Below, piece by piece: positions 36,421 to 50,727 of a stretch of DNA of 64,000 nucleotides. Both the position numbers and the translations under genes were made by a program. Position 1 is the stretch's first letter. Each line of letters begins with the position of its first letter. Source of the stretch: Veleropilina oligotropha (lineage: Eukaryota); the NCBI GenBank assembly GCA_048128005.1, contig JBEUKZ010000115.1, forward strand, positions 310,001 through 374,000, written 5' to 3'. The notes beneath the pieces are model-generated. The model did not search any database and was not told the origin of the DNA. It saw nothing but the letters and a program-made list of their open reading frames with translations.

Positions 36421-37534
36421 TAAGGCTTTATCATTGAATTTGATGCTTTTTCAAAGGCGAACAACATGGTAAAGTTTGTGTGACTATCATTTTAGTATTG
36501 ATGTGTTTTCTTGTAGCGTGAATTAAAATTGATCACAAAATGGTTACCAGGACAACAGTATTCAATAGGTAATAGTTAATTTAACGATTTCTAAACACAA
36601 TGCTTTATTTTGAGATTCACTCTTTGTTTTTGTGAATTAAATTATTTTGCAAAACATGTTGCACCTGTAAACGTTATAATATCATAATGCTATCAATAGC
36701 GCATTTTTACTATAATCTCGCATATCCGTGATAAACAATATCTAATTATAGGCATCACCATATGTTCTATTTCACTGTATGATAACTTATAGTGTCTCTT
36801 GACTTTGTGAATGAAACATATGTGGTGCTGGTTCGAGGTCACACGAGGTCATCTCTACCACTCCCTCTCGAGGTCATACACACTGTCACTGCCGAGTAGG
36901 TCTTCTCTGTCGTCTACCTGTCGGGAATGTCGCCAATTAACAAAACAATATTTATTGTCCGTATAGTGTTCCCGAGGAATGTTGAGAACCTGCCCAGGCT
37001 AAGTGTTCTATATGAGCCGGTATATCTAATCTCCAAATCTTTTCAAATTGGAGACACTTGAATGATCACCAGGTGTAGAACTTTAAACTGTCATGAAATT
37101 TAATGCACAAACTAAAGGTCGAGTGAAACCTGTTTGACTTCATGTTATTTTAGACCATTCATCCCATCTAGGATGTGCCGGTCCCAGTGACCAGTATTTT
37201 AAATTGTAATGTATTTTATTATGCCGTGCTGAATGAAAGCCTTCGCCTATAAGTACTCGCTTCCCGTCTCGGCCAATCCCGCCCCCATCTACCCCGGATG
37301 CGTCTAAACGGTTATACTGGTTTGCACTCCTAAAGGCCTTGATCAATGCACACTTTAAATGAACAAACCTTGACATTTAACTTGCGTTACGGTGTTGCGT
37401 TTCCTTTGCACACATGACTGGAATAAATAGTTTTTGAAATTTATGCCCTTGTGAATGTAAATTTTTGCATATATAAATGTATTTATATTTGTAATATAAT
37501 AGCACCTGATTGTATGTATCATGTTTTGTGATAA

Positions 37535-38187
37535 TTGTATCCCCAAAATTTAACATTTTGGCGATAGTATGGTTTAGGCATCGTTCAGCCGCCGTCGCAG
37601 AGATTTCTTGTGTGCCACGGCATCCATTTTGTTTGGAGAGATTTCTTGTGTGCACTCTACAGTGAAAAGTTATTATCCGATTTGATTCATATTTGGTATG
37701 CATGTTCGTTATGATGAGGACATGCCGCCTAAAGATTTTCGGATCCAAGATGGCGGCCATTTTGTTTGACAAGATTTTTGTGCGTGCTCTACAGTGAAAA
37801 GTTTATATGATGAGGACACGTCGCATAATGATTTGCGTTGTTTTTGTATTCAAGATGGCTGTCATGGCAGCCATTTTGTTAGAAGAGATTTCATGCATGC
37901 ACTCTACAGTGAAAAGTTATAATCCGATTTGATTCAAATTCGGTATGCACATTAGTTATATATGTTTGTCATTTTCAGATTCAAGATGGCTGTCGTGGCA
38001 GCCATTTTGTTTGACAAGATTTCTTGTGTGCGCTATACTGTGAACTGAGTTTTTATCCGATTTGATATACACGTTTGGTACGGTGAGGACACGCGACTAT
38101 CGATTATCACCATTTTCAGATTTAAAATTGGCATCCAATGCGAGGGGATACATCCTCTCGACTTTCGGGGTCGAGGATTCGCTAGTT
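37535..38187 (+). mobile_element. HINE family A
   Basis: TGTATCCCC...GGGGATACA subTIRs, internal repeats, 3' hairpin CTCGACTTTCGGGGTCGAG followed by CTAGTT. Confidence 0.8.
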
Positions 38188-38664
38188 TATTCATTAAATT
38201 CCATGTTACAATTTGGTGGAGTGATCTCGGGCTGTAATTTGTTGATTGAGCTAGTGAAAGTGGAACAGAACAGAATGGCTAAACATCACCATTTATCCTT
38301 CGCTAGTGCCCTCTCTGTTAACTGAAAAATCACAACACTGTTGTGTAACATGGGCACATCGCACGTTGTTATAGATCTAGAATGCACACACCTTGATTTT
38401 GATTTAGAAGGAACATTCGGGCGGTCAGTGCCACATACAAAGGTGGCGCCACCTAGGTTTTCTAATTTGTTTCGTTTGGATTGATGCGTGATGTCCCATT
38501 GTTAACACCCATCAGGGTCGCATCAGGACGTCAGTTGTCCATATTACAACAGGAGGAAGATCTGAGTGAGGTCGCTCGTGGAGATCTGCCCTCATCTGAC
38601 AGTTAATCAAGCGAAGTGCCCATCTGAGGATTCGTGCCCATTCTTGGTAATCAGAGCCACACCC

Positions 38665-39255
38665 CTGTACCACTGGGCGGCCTAGCTGTGAACCACTGGG
38701 CGGCCTAGCTGTGAACCACTGCACCACTGGGCGGCCTAGCTGTGAACCACTGCACCACCGGGCGGCCTTAGGCTGTGAACCACTGTACCACTGGGCAGCC
38801 TAGCTGTGAACCACTACCACTGGGCAGCCTAGCTGTGAACCACTGTACCACTGGGCAGCCTAGCTGTGAACCACTGCACCACTGGGCAGCCTAGCTGTGA
38901 ACCACTACCACCGGGCGGCCTAGCTGTGAACCACTGCCACCGGGCGGCCTAGCTGTGAACCACTACCACCGGGCGGCCTAGCTGTGAACCACTGCACCAC
39001 CGGGGCCTAGCTGTGAACCACTATCACCGGGCAGCCTAGCTGTGAACCACTGCACCACCGGGCGGCCTAGCTGTGAACCACTACCACTGGGCGGCCTAGC
39101 TGTGAACCACTATCACTGGGCAGCCTAGCTGTGAACCACTACCACCGGGTGGCCTAGCTGTGAACCACTGGACCACCAGGCGGCCTAACTGTGAACCACT
39201 GTACCACCGGGCGTCCTAGCTGTGAACCACTGCACCACCGGGCGGCCTAGCTGTG
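38665..39255. repeat. ~28-31-bp GC-rich minisatellite, ~19 copies
   Basis: Unit CCACCGGGCGGCCTAGCTGTGAACCACT(GC)A. Confidence 0.95.
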
Positions 39256-40105
39256 GTATACACTCATTGTCTGATATCAAGTAAAAAAATATCAGATTAA
39301 TTCATGGTAACAAAATTCCTTGACCACATTCTTGTGTATAATAACAGTTTTATCTGATAATTATTGATTTATAGTTATATAATTCATTCTAATTTTAGCA
39401 ATAGTGATCGATCATTGCATGTTGACAGTTTATACTATGTATCCATTACTGGCAACATGTTAATTATAATGTAACATGATGACAGTTGAGTTAATTTTAT
39501 TTTGTTTGCTTTGACCTTGACATGTATGCTAATTGAGTTCTAATTGTATGCTAATTGACTTCTTATCATTCCTGTTCATTTATTTGTATCGTGTCACCAT
39601 GATATGGACGTTTGGCTCACACCTACCATGTTTACCAACATTAAGAGCACATGACCAAGAAGCTGTTTTGGCCCAGTGCCACGTTATGAGTGCAATCGAT
39701 ATTGTCTGATTCACAGTCAGGGGCCCTGGGTCTGCGCTGGCATTTTGCTAAAGTACATGGACACGCGCTGAAATTAGAACAGTGCATATTGTTGGCACAT
39801 CAGCTCTTGCTGTAAATGGAAAATTATTGGTTGAATTTCTTTCTTCTATGAAGCAGCATCTCTTGATCCTGGTGCTGATTGCATCTATCCTTTTGAATAA
39901 ATGAAAATAAATCTAGAAAATAATTTTGTGGTTCCAAGCTTAACAAGATTTCATTTTAACAGAAGTGTTGTTATTAGTGAAATCCGGAAATTATTTTAAA
40001 CATTTTTACTTTTTATTACAGGCAAAGATTAATTGTATTTCTATTGTCTTAAAGATGTTTTAAAGAAATTGATGAAAAGAATGTTTAATATGCACCACAT
40101 TAATT

Positions 40106-40513
40106 AACAAGCGCATCCGAGAGGAAGCATAGTTGAGCCGCAGTGCCCACTCTCACCGAGAGGAAGCATAGTTGAGCCGCAGTGCCCACTCTCACCGAGA
40201 GGAAGCATAGTTGAGCCGCAGTGCCCACTCTCAATAAACTTAATTTTATCTTTCTAGGTTGACCGAGTCGAGAGATATGTTTGTTTATGTATTTTACACT
40301 TATTTGACTTTGGAGACCTTGACCTTTGACCTCAAAAATCAATCAGTAGTTAGATATCCACTCATATATCATATATATGAAGTTTCGTGGCTATGTGTTT
40401 TGAATTGACCATGTTATGCCATGTAAAGTCATTGTGGACATACACCATCACACAGACAGACAGACACACAGACAGCCTCAATACAATAGTTTCTCCGTAA
40501 ACGGCTCAACTAA
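40106..40513 (-). mobile_element. HINE with a triplicated subterminal segment
   Basis: AACAAG end, TAGTTGAGCCG / CGGCTCAACTA subTIRs, (CAGA)n, 39-bp unit x3. Confidence 0.75.
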
Positions 40514-43379
40514 TTATTCAAAAGCCATCATCCTAATTGCATGTTAAAATGACAAATTTTCGTGCTGTGATATTTCAGCCCATTTGTTCACCCTAATAAA
40601 TCATGGATGGCTTGTCCATAACAGCCATTGATACTGTATAACTATTTATTAGCAAATTTTATTTCATTTTCTGTAAAATAAATTATATTTGTAATATTAT
40701 GGCAGCATAGCTGCATGATGTTCACATTCAACAAGTTATGTGAATTGTACAAAACAAAGACTATAGACTGGAAATATTGATGGTTGTTATGCCATTTGCA
40801 TTGTTAACCAGTCAATAAAGTGGAATGGCTGTAGCTTTATTTAAATACAATGTTGGTGTAATACTGTAACTGCGCTGTATGATGATATAACGGGATGTTT
40901 AGAGATAAGCTGTTGTCCTTCTTGGTCACTTCGACTTCCTGCTTACCGGGAACTACTTGATGACTAGCGTAATCCACTGATGCACGCTTTCACAAATTCT
41001 TAGAAATGTTTTTTAGTTTCGTTCATTTGTCTGCACATGATTTGCGGCTCGATACAGCATGCAGATTCACGTAACCAGGAAACAGAGATCTCGGAGAAGC
41101 GTACCTCCTAAACAAAAGACCTTTATTCTACGTGGGTCATAAGTAGTTATTAGATTTGAAGCAATGATTAAGTATATTTTTAGGCCACATTTATGACGAA
41201 TAAATGGATGTGTTGAATACATGGTAGGCTATATCCTACCTTGTATTGAAAACATCCATTCATAATGGTGGACTGGTGACTGTATCATGCCAGTAAATTG
41301 TTTGTATAATTGGTGCTGTCCTGTCAGACTGTAATGATCTGCTTGTGGCAAATATCCTGGATTCCTCTGTCATGATTAGAATATAATAAGCCATGCCATT
41401 ATGGGATCTCAATGCAATAATAAATGATTTGACATTCAACTTGCTATGAACCATCAAATTTGTTGTGTTTTATTACAATAATTTTCTTAATGACAGTGCA
41501 CCTTACGGTAGCTACGCAAAATGTATTCTTCAACTACTTAAAAAAAATAAACTTTTTAATGTTATTGTTATTCAAGATAGTATTGAAAATAATAAACTTG
41601 GTTTACTTTTGATATATGAACATGAATAAATCCCGCAATGCCCTTGTTGTTTTTTATTCAGAGACAGACCATTATAATTTGTTTTATGGGGATATTTTAT
41701 CACCACAGTCTCTGATATATCGTCACCATGGATCCTTTTATATCTTGTGCCATTCTGAGGAATGGTGTATGATACATGAAACAGTTTTGAAAATTCCTGT
41801 CATAGTAACATAATTGCTTGCCCTTTATTTGTGCCTGACACTATATCGTGGGCGGTGTGTCTGATATCGAGCATTGCCAGACAATTGGAGCCCCCATCAA
41901 GTGCTGAAGTGGTATGCATTATTATGTGAAATATAGCTATTGCCCAGAAGACATTAAAATATATTTTGAGTACATTTATTTCTCTCATTTTGCATATCTT
42001 TTTCAAAACATTCTTGTACCCAACATCTTCCGCTTAATTTATTCACTGTGATTGTTGAAACAGTCCTGAGATTAAAACGGGTGCATCTCTTCATAACTGC
42101 TCTGATTGCGTATGGGCTGCTCTCTACCGGTAGCCAAGTGGATTAACGCCCAGAATGTGTATTCACTCGTTTGATTGTTCTCTGTAATAAGATTGGGTTC
42201 GAATCCTCCACGAGCACATAATGTACAGCTAATGTTCACAGATAACTGGCCTCTGAGGGTGAATTTTCGTAGGTGCCCGGGTTTTCCTCCCACGATAATA
42301 TGGACAGGTTGATAGAATGGGACATTATGCATTGATCCAAAGAAATCTCTCGGTGCGTGATTGTTTTAACCATTTGGTGGATTGGCATTTTGATTGATCG
42401 GCACGAGGTAGATGGAAAATGTTATGTATGAACCAACAGAATTCTTCTTTAGACTATACGCTTTTGGAGATATACATTTTGTCCAATGAGACTGCTTCGA
42501 TATTTTTCCTTATCTATAGGTGCGCATATGCTGTGCCAGGTACTGACCTCCTGCAGGTATGCGACTCTTGGTGCACCTCATACAAACATACGTGCGTCAA
42601 TGACTAATGGAAAATTTACAACAGAATATAGGTGTTTGCATTGGACCTTTGATGAAGCGTTGATCACACAGCACACCCACGACACGAAGTGCACACACTC
42701 GTGTGCGAGTTGCTGGTCATTCATTAAACGTTCGATATTTCATTAAATGTAGTGGAATTTTCCACTATGTTTGTAAATACAGTCGTTCACCTCGAAGCTG
42801 GACACAATGCAGCGCAGCATTTTTCATTCTAAATATAGATCGATCGATTCCATTATATTAGTCGCGGAGACGGAAGAACGATTCAAATCCTTGGCGGGCG
42901 AGTACAGTCCATTAAGTACATTACAATTTAAATTGTGGAGGGAAACTTCAACGAGCCGATGCACATGTTATTTCATTATACAGGACGTCCTGGTCAACAA
43001 TAACATCGTGTATTTGTTTACATTGTCCTTTAGCATGACATTTTTATGTTGAAATTTATAGCCAAAAATATTACAATGTATAAATATCCAAATGGCAAAG
43101 CATGTTTACCAATTAAATTACAACGTATATATAGCCAGATAACCTAAATAAACAACAATATATATACATACATTATTGTATTGACCAATACTGTTATTCT
43201 AAACATTTTATTAACATGTAGTTTGCTGAAATCTTTATCAGAGAGTTGTTTATTTAATTCAATATTTAAACTCACAAAAATATGTTGATGTTTTGACATA
43301 AGTAAATGGGGAATTAGAAATAAATTGGACATATGCATAGATCATTTTTATTGGCCCATCAGTGGTTAGAAGATTATAA

Positions 43380-43743
43380 TTGTATCCCCCAGACTTGAAC
43401 GTGAAAAGTTCTAATCCGATTTGATTCAAATTTGGTATGGACATTAGTTATGTTGAGGACACAACAGATTTCTTGTGTGCGCTCTACAGTGAAAAAATTA
43501 AATCCGATTTTGTTCAAATTTGGTATGTGCATTAGTTTTCGGATTCAAGATGGCCGTCTTGAGTACCATTTTCTTTGACAAGATTTCTTGCGTGCACCCT
43601 ACAGTGAAAAGCTATTTTCCGATTTTGATTCAAATTTGATATACAGTATATGTTTGGTATTATAGATGACGACACGGCGCCTATCAAGTTTTGCTGTCGT
43701 GGGAGGGGATCCCTCGACTTGCTGGGTCAAGGATTTGCTAGTT
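43380..43743 (+). mobile_element. HINE family A, internally deleted
   Basis: TTGTATCCCC start, internal unit shared with family A, hairpin plus CTAGTT end. Confidence 0.7.
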
Positions 43744-44322
43744 CATACTGATGAGAGTGTTGTTCATTAGCTGATATATGCAAGTGCTATAATTATGACA
43801 TTCCATTGAGCCAATGAGGTTCTTTGCAAATCTATAAACTCTATGTGCAGTGTTAGTTTTGTAGTAAATGCTGGTCTGTTTTCTTGTTAAAATGATGTTC
43901 AGCATGCCAGCCTCAAGTGTCGATATTTCAAAATGGTGAATACTGCAGCTGGACAAAACGAATGTCTGCATGATATTTAGGACTCAAATTAAAACACGTC
44001 AATGAATGAATGAGTAGAATATGCCGATTTTTAATACAGTTTTTGTTTCAGTATAATTGACTTGTGACAATAATGGATGTACTCAAATGTCAATGTCACT
44101 ATTGACCAATAGCTGATGTATTTTTGTGTGCTTGTGAGCTTATATTTTTAACACCATGCAAGTCATATGATTATCTCGTGGAAAGTTTGGCGTGTTAGGT
44201 GAATCCCGCCCGTTCAGGCAGATATGGATAACTTTGCAGCTCCAAAATCTGAGTTGGACTGTTTTCAAACATTCGCTGGCTAGCAGTATTGAGTGAATTG
44301 GGATATAGACGATGTATCTTAA

Positions 44323-44759
44323 AGAGACTATTGCCCGTAAATGCGCTCTTTCGCACAAGTTGTCCTGACTCCCTCTATTGCCCGGTTCGCGCAGATTGAT
44401 ACAAATTTTGCGATGATATGATCGATATATGATCAAATGATAGACTTTTATTGAAATTAATTATTGTAACTGGGCAATATGTTATTGTCAAGTAGAAAGC
44501 TATCTTACTTGATGAGCAGAAACCAACGCAACTGTGCTCCAACTAGGTCAATTGGAAAATAAATCTGTGCGAGGTAATTAAACGCGGACCACGTTTTATT
44601 ATTTTTAAATATTCAGTAGCGATTAATTTTAACGTTAGCAAAGTGCTGACGAAAGTTGAGTGTTGAAAACTCCTAACTTTTTATGTTATAAACAAAAAGT
44701 GTAATGCTGTTAGTTTTCTTTTTAAAAAAGAAAGAGCGCATTTACGGGCAATAGTCTCT
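44323..44759. mobile_element. Kolobok-like MITE, copy 2
   Basis: Perfect ~29-bp TIRs AGAGACTATTGCCCGTAAATGCGCTCTTT; TTAA TSDs (44319-44322, 44760-44763). Confidence 0.9.
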
Positions 44760-46436
44760 TTAATAACTTTACCAACAGCTTGTTGCAATTTGTTACGTAA
44801 TTATACCGAAAATGAATTGTTTCTAGGTAACTAGAAATTTGGAAAATCCACTGTCAATTTTTGGTGTATTGCGCATCTATCAGATACATTTTCATCCTTG
44901 CTGGATGTCTTGCCTGGTGGAGGTCACCCACACCAGTGGGTTCTCTTGAGGTAATAACGTGTGCTGGGGGGGTCATGTGCATGGCGATGTGCGATGATAT
45001 TGTCATTCGATCTCTGAGACTGCGTCACAACATTCTGTACTTTGCCCGCTGCCATTATGTGGAAGTAGACTTAACAGTGGAACCTTGTTACACGAGAGAT
45101 TATATGATTATATGACGTTGTCGGCCCTGGGAGACTCGTGGCTATCAATTAAAACACTTATTTGTACCAGCTCTCTGATATACAATGCACCATATTGAAT
45201 TTCATTATGGGAACTATAATTCTTAGAAGAAATTCCACTTTGTCACACTGACTTCACATCAAATTCATAATGATATAGGATATCACTGAAGACTATCCAT
45301 CGGGATAGAGTTTCTGCAGTGACACATATCACAGAGCACTGCTCAGTGTTGGTAACAGTCCATCATGATGGCAGTACTGGACCAGCGACATACGATATGC
45401 ATGTTTTGGTCTCAATATTGAATAAGAGCATTGACTCATGACAGAGCTGAATGTATCAATAAAGTCATTGACCTTCGGCAATGCATGGGTTTACCCTACT
45501 GCCTACAGTAAGGTGTTTGTGTCCACAACATATTGCATATAAGTATGTGAATGGTCTTGATAACGTCCAAGGATAGATACGGACATATGTTCTTTTATGA
45601 GGGAATACCGAAACCTGGCATTTGTAAAACTGTGCGACTTTATAGGAGAACCATAATCACAGTTTGAGCTCGGTAATTACATCTGATACTTATAGCTGTG
45701 ACATCACTCTCCATTGATGTCTCTCTGTAACGCGGCAGGGGGATTATTTTCCCTAGTATATATAATACATGTGACGGTTGGTTCTTTCCGATCCATCACA
45801 CAGGCTTTCCATTTTGCACACATAAACAATAGGTTACTGAAAGGAACAGTGAAGTTTATTTATGGCTCCATGGCCATATGACTAATAGTATACAATGTGA
45901 TTTACAAACAACTCAGCACAAGGTAATTTTATAAATAATTGTTTCTACATGTCACAAAATGCAGGATCTACATCACTGCAAAATAAAAATCCATTCATTT
46001 TGTATAATTATATTTGCAACATTTTAACTTTATAGTTTCGTTAGATCAAGTTTCCTCATTGCTGAATGTTACACGGTATCCATTGCGGAGGTCACTCACA
46101 CCAGACAGTCTAAGCGTGTTGTTTGTTGTGATAGTGTCTGCTGCAGTGAGCATCAATCATGATACATGACACCAATATCATTATGTACCATGCGCTATTT
46201 AAGCCATCCTTATTGTGTTCTGAATGTATCTCGGTTCTTTTAGTTCGTTTACTTTTCAAGTTTAGATACATTTTTGAAAAATATGTATGTTTGGCCCTGT
46301 TGGCCTTCCTTATGATGTTAGGTATATTCTTTGCAAATAAAGTAGTAGAAATTTGTAATTTTCATTTCCGTTAAATGTCAGTGAATCGCTTCAGTCTTCC
46401 AAGATTATTGGACTGAGTTACAATTCTTTTCCTTTT

Positions 46437-47492
46437 TTAACCCCAGCTTAAAAAAAGCTGGGGTTACCGGTAGTGTCATCGCCCGGGGCGGGCGGACGGG
46501 CGGTTCATGTTGTCCGGCCTATATCTCGGCTACCAAACATGTTACCTCGATTTGATATGGTATGCTAACTACCCTTATCATACGCTAGTGCATGGTGGCG
46601 AAATTTCATGTGAAGGACCTTTGACCTTGCGGCAATGACCTTTGGCCCTTAAATTTTGTCCGGGCCGTTTCTCGGAGACCAAACATGCTAGCCTTCTAAT
46701 TTTTTTTAGGTGTGTTGCCTATAATACAAACCTGTGCATGGCTGTAAAATTTTGCTCATTTGGCCTTTGACCTCTGCGTAGTTACCTTCACAATTTTTCT
46801 ATATTTAGAATTTTGTTATTTTTTGTCATTTGTTAATTCTTTGGTGCCAAACTATTTCTTTAGGGTTAGTACATCATATAACAAATACGAAAAATGGCCT
46901 TTGGTCAAAGGTCAAGGTCACAGAGGTCAAAATATACGCACAATTTTCAGACTTTGTGAGACTATAGCCTGCCCATTATGATAGCTATATGGAGACATAT
47001 TATGACATATGGACTACCCTTATCATACTCTAGATCATGGTGGGTAATATTTCACAGGAATGATTTTTGACCTTGCCACAATAACCTTTGACCCTGAAAT
47101 TTTGTCCGGGCTGCTTCTCGGAGACTCAGCATGGTAGCCTTTTAATTTTTTTTAGATATCTTGCCTATAACCCAAAGCTGTCCATGGCACTAAAATGTTT
47201 GTCATTTGGCCTTTGACCTTCACAAATTTCCATATTTCCATATTTTCATAATTCGTAAACATTTTTTTTAATTTTTGCCAACCTCTTTCTGTAGGGTTAA
47301 TACATCATGTAACAGAGAGAAAATGACCTTTGATCAAATGTCAAGGTCACAGAGGCCAACCTTTTTCATGATGGACAGTTAGCACAGTCAGTGTTTAGCC
47401 AAGAGCTACTGGCAAGGTGAAGATCACAGATTTTATATGGCAGTCTGATTGCTATATAAGGCTGGGGTTCCTGGTAGCCGGGCGGCTGTCTA
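46437..47492 (+). mobile_element. HINE
   Basis: TAACCCCAGCTT..AAGCTGGGGTTA 5' hairpin, (GGGC)n, duplicated internal block, 3' GCTGGGGTT plus hairpin. Confidence 0.8.
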
Positions 47493-48378
47493 TTTTTTTC
47501 TTTAGCCAGATATAAATGTTTTAATAAATTATTTAGTATTGAAAATTTCTCTAATTTGTTAAACATATCCACAGTTGTCCATGCAATGTGCATGAGCTGG
47601 CTATTATATATTACCTGTATCAATGTGCATGAGCTGGCTATTATATATTACCTGTATCAATGTGCATGAGCTGGCTATTATATATTACCTGTATCGCTAA
47701 CCCAGACATATGCAGGTGTGTACATGATATTGTATATCATTATGCAGCCCACAGTGTGGCGGTGGCGTCTGGAGGATTGATGTACAGATATCAGCATGGT
47801 GCGCAGGTGAGAACAATGTACGTAACAGTATGCAGGCAAGATGCTCCTGACATGCAGAACAACAGCTGTGGACGAGTAGGGATAGGCGAGGAAATATACT
47901 GGCACGCGACCGCCCACCAGAGCAGGTGCAACAGCTGGCTCGGAGGAGACAATAGCGACCAGACAACATTAAATTTGCAGGTCCATCAAAGTAGGGCGCG
48001 ATACCATCACAATCTCACACAATCCTGAACAAGGCAATGCCCGATACAGTGTTTCACCAGCACCTGACTGACGTTTATAAAACAAGGTGATGCAATATTA
48101 ACCCATTAACGTCTGTACATTAATTTCTAATTGTCTTATAAAATTCTTTCCTTTAGAAATAATAGTTATTTCATATAGGTATTAATGGAGAAACGCTGGA
48201 TCAGATCAATTGCAGAGCAGTATGTATCGATCTGCGTAAAAGCGTGTAGGCTCCGGTTTTGAATATTCACAACCAGACACTGCTTTCATGCATTACCTGA
48301 GTACCCCATCATCTGTTGCTGATTATAACCCATGCACCTCCTCAACTCATGCATAGAATCCCCTGGAACACGAGCAGC

Positions 48379-49361
48379 AGATATGGGAGTCCAAAGACTG
48401 CATCAGACATGGGAGTCTAAAGACTGCATCAGACATGGGAGTCCAAAGACTGCATCACACTCAGACATAGGAGTCCAACGACTGCATCAGACATGAGAGT
48501 CCAAAGACTGCATTTATTAGACATGGGAGTCCAAAGACTGCATCACACATGGGAGTCCAAAGACTGCATCACACATGGGAGTGTAAAGACTGCATCAGAC
48601 ATGGGAGTCCAAAGACTGCATCACACATCGGAGTCTAAAGACTGCATCAGACATGGGAGTCTAAAGACTGCATCAGACATGGGAGTCTAAAGACTGCATC
48701 AGACATGGGAGTCCAAAGATGGCATCAGACATGGGAGTCCAAAGACTTCATCAGACATGGAGTCCAAAGACTTCATCAGACATGGGAGTCCAAAGACTTC
48801 ATCAGACATGGGACCAAAGACGGCATCAGACATGGGAGTCCAAAGACTGCATCAGACATGGGAGTCCAAAGACTGCATCAGACATGGGAGTCCAAACACT
48901 GCATTAGACATGGGAGTCCAAAAACTGCATCAGACATGGGAGTCCAAAGATAGCATCACACATGGAGTCCAAAGACTTCATCAGACATGGGAGTCCAAAG
49001 ACTGCATCAGACATGGGAGTCCAAAGATGGCATCAGACATGGGAGTCTAAAGACTGCATCAGACATGGGAGTCCAAAGACTGCTTCAGACATGGCAGTCC
49101 AAAGACTTCATCAGACATGGGAGTCCAAAGACTTCATCAGATATGGGAGTCCAAAGACTGCATCAGACATAGTAGTCCAAAGACTGCATCAGACATTGGG
49201 AGTCTAAAGACTGCATCAGACATGGGAGTCCAAAGACTGCATCAGACATGGGAGTCCAAACACTGCATTAGACATGGGAGTCCAAAAACTGCATCAGACA
49301 TGGGAGTCCAAAGATAGCATCACGCATGGAGTCCAAAGATGGCATCAGACATGGGAGTCCA
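48379..49361. repeat. 25-bp minisatellite, ~39 copies
   Basis: Unit AGACATGGGAGTCCAAAGACTGCATC-like. Confidence 0.95.
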
Positions 49362-49551
49362 TGCATGGCCTGGATAAGCATACGGTGGGAAAATTTCACT
49401 GGATATTCACGGCGTGGCTGTCAAGATAGAATGAGTATGTCAAATAAACAAATTAATCAGTTAAAATCTACCAAGGTCTATGGAGTCTTCCCCCTTCTTA
49501 TGATGTAAGCAGTCACCAGCACAAATCTTCTCCTTCTTATGTCTGGTGATT

Positions 49552-50025
49552 GTGCAACACCCGCATGTAAAATAATGCAACACCAGCATGTAAAATAATG
49601 CAACACCAGCATGTAAAATAATGCAACACCAGCATGTAAAATAATGCAACACCAGCATGTAAAATAATGCAACACCAGCATGTAAAATAATGCAACACCA
49701 GCATGTAAAATAATGCAACACCCGCATGTAAAATAATGCAACACCAGCATGTAAAATAATGCAACACCAGCATGTAAAATAATGCAACACCAGCATGTAA
49801 AATAATGCAACACCCGCATGTAAAATAATGCAACACCAGCATGTAAAATAATGCAACACCAGCATGTAAAATAATGCAACACCCGCATGTAATATAATGC
49901 AACACCAGCATGTAAAATAATGCGACACCAGCATGTAAAATAATGCAACACCAGCATGTAAAATAATGCAACACCAGCATGTAAAATAATGCAACACCAG
50001 CATGTAAAATAATGCAACACCAGCA
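49552..50025. repeat. 23-bp minisatellite, ~20 copies
   Basis: Unit TGCAACACCAGCATGTAAAATAA. Confidence 0.97.
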
Positions 50026-50451
50026 TTGGAGTGTGTTTGGTATTAATTTTGTGGATAAATAATTAACTTTGTTGAGTTGACGTAATGGTGTCATCAAAGA
50101 TTAATGTGTCTGGATTGGGTTCGTTGAAGATTTAAAATGTGCACCAGTAATAGGTAGACATGTGCCTCATGTTACAGTACATCCGACCCTGTAGTTCGCT
50201 GGTCTGGGAGAACTGCACTTATGTAATGAATATGCGATGTGCACTATATGACTCAGGTGCTTGGATGACATAATATTCCAACAGCTTGCAGTTATTTATA
50301 GATAAATCGTCTAGGTACAAATGCAAAATCAAGGCATATTTCCCAATTTTAGTCTTCTGTCTGCATTATTGTATAATATAACAGCACAATTTGTGTTGTA
50401 TTATTGACTATGCGGCATGGCATATCGACATGGTTCCATCTTGCCAGTATG

Positions 50452-50727
50452 CAGGGTTCGTATTCATCAGGCAGTCAGGAAATTTCTGGAGCATCACGGA
50501 AAAACAGAATTTGCATTCCCTTCACGAAATATCAGGGGATTTTGTTAATATATTGATGTTAAATATCGGGGAATAATCAGGGGACATCGAAATAAAGATA
50601 TACACTTCTAATATAGGCTCAGAATGCACCAGTTTGGATATTGACCGTTGATTTTGTAATGTACATTTTTGTTCTGATAGTGCTTACTAGTGCCTTAGTT
50701 ATTTAAGGAATATCAGGACGAACCCTG
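50452..50727. mobile_element. Old MITE with CAGGGTTCGT TIRs
   Basis: 10-bp TIRs CAGGGTTCGT / ACGAACCCTG; no clear TSD. Confidence 0.55.

Noticed and set aside
47834..47855. miR-31-like AGGCAAGATG
   Set aside because: The match ends after 10 nt and there is no supporting precursor hairpin.
48493..50097. Long ORFs up to 186 aa
   Set aside because: They are translations of 23- and 25-bp minisatellites. The same applies to the ORFs at 18846-19129, 52229-52560 and 60735-61229.
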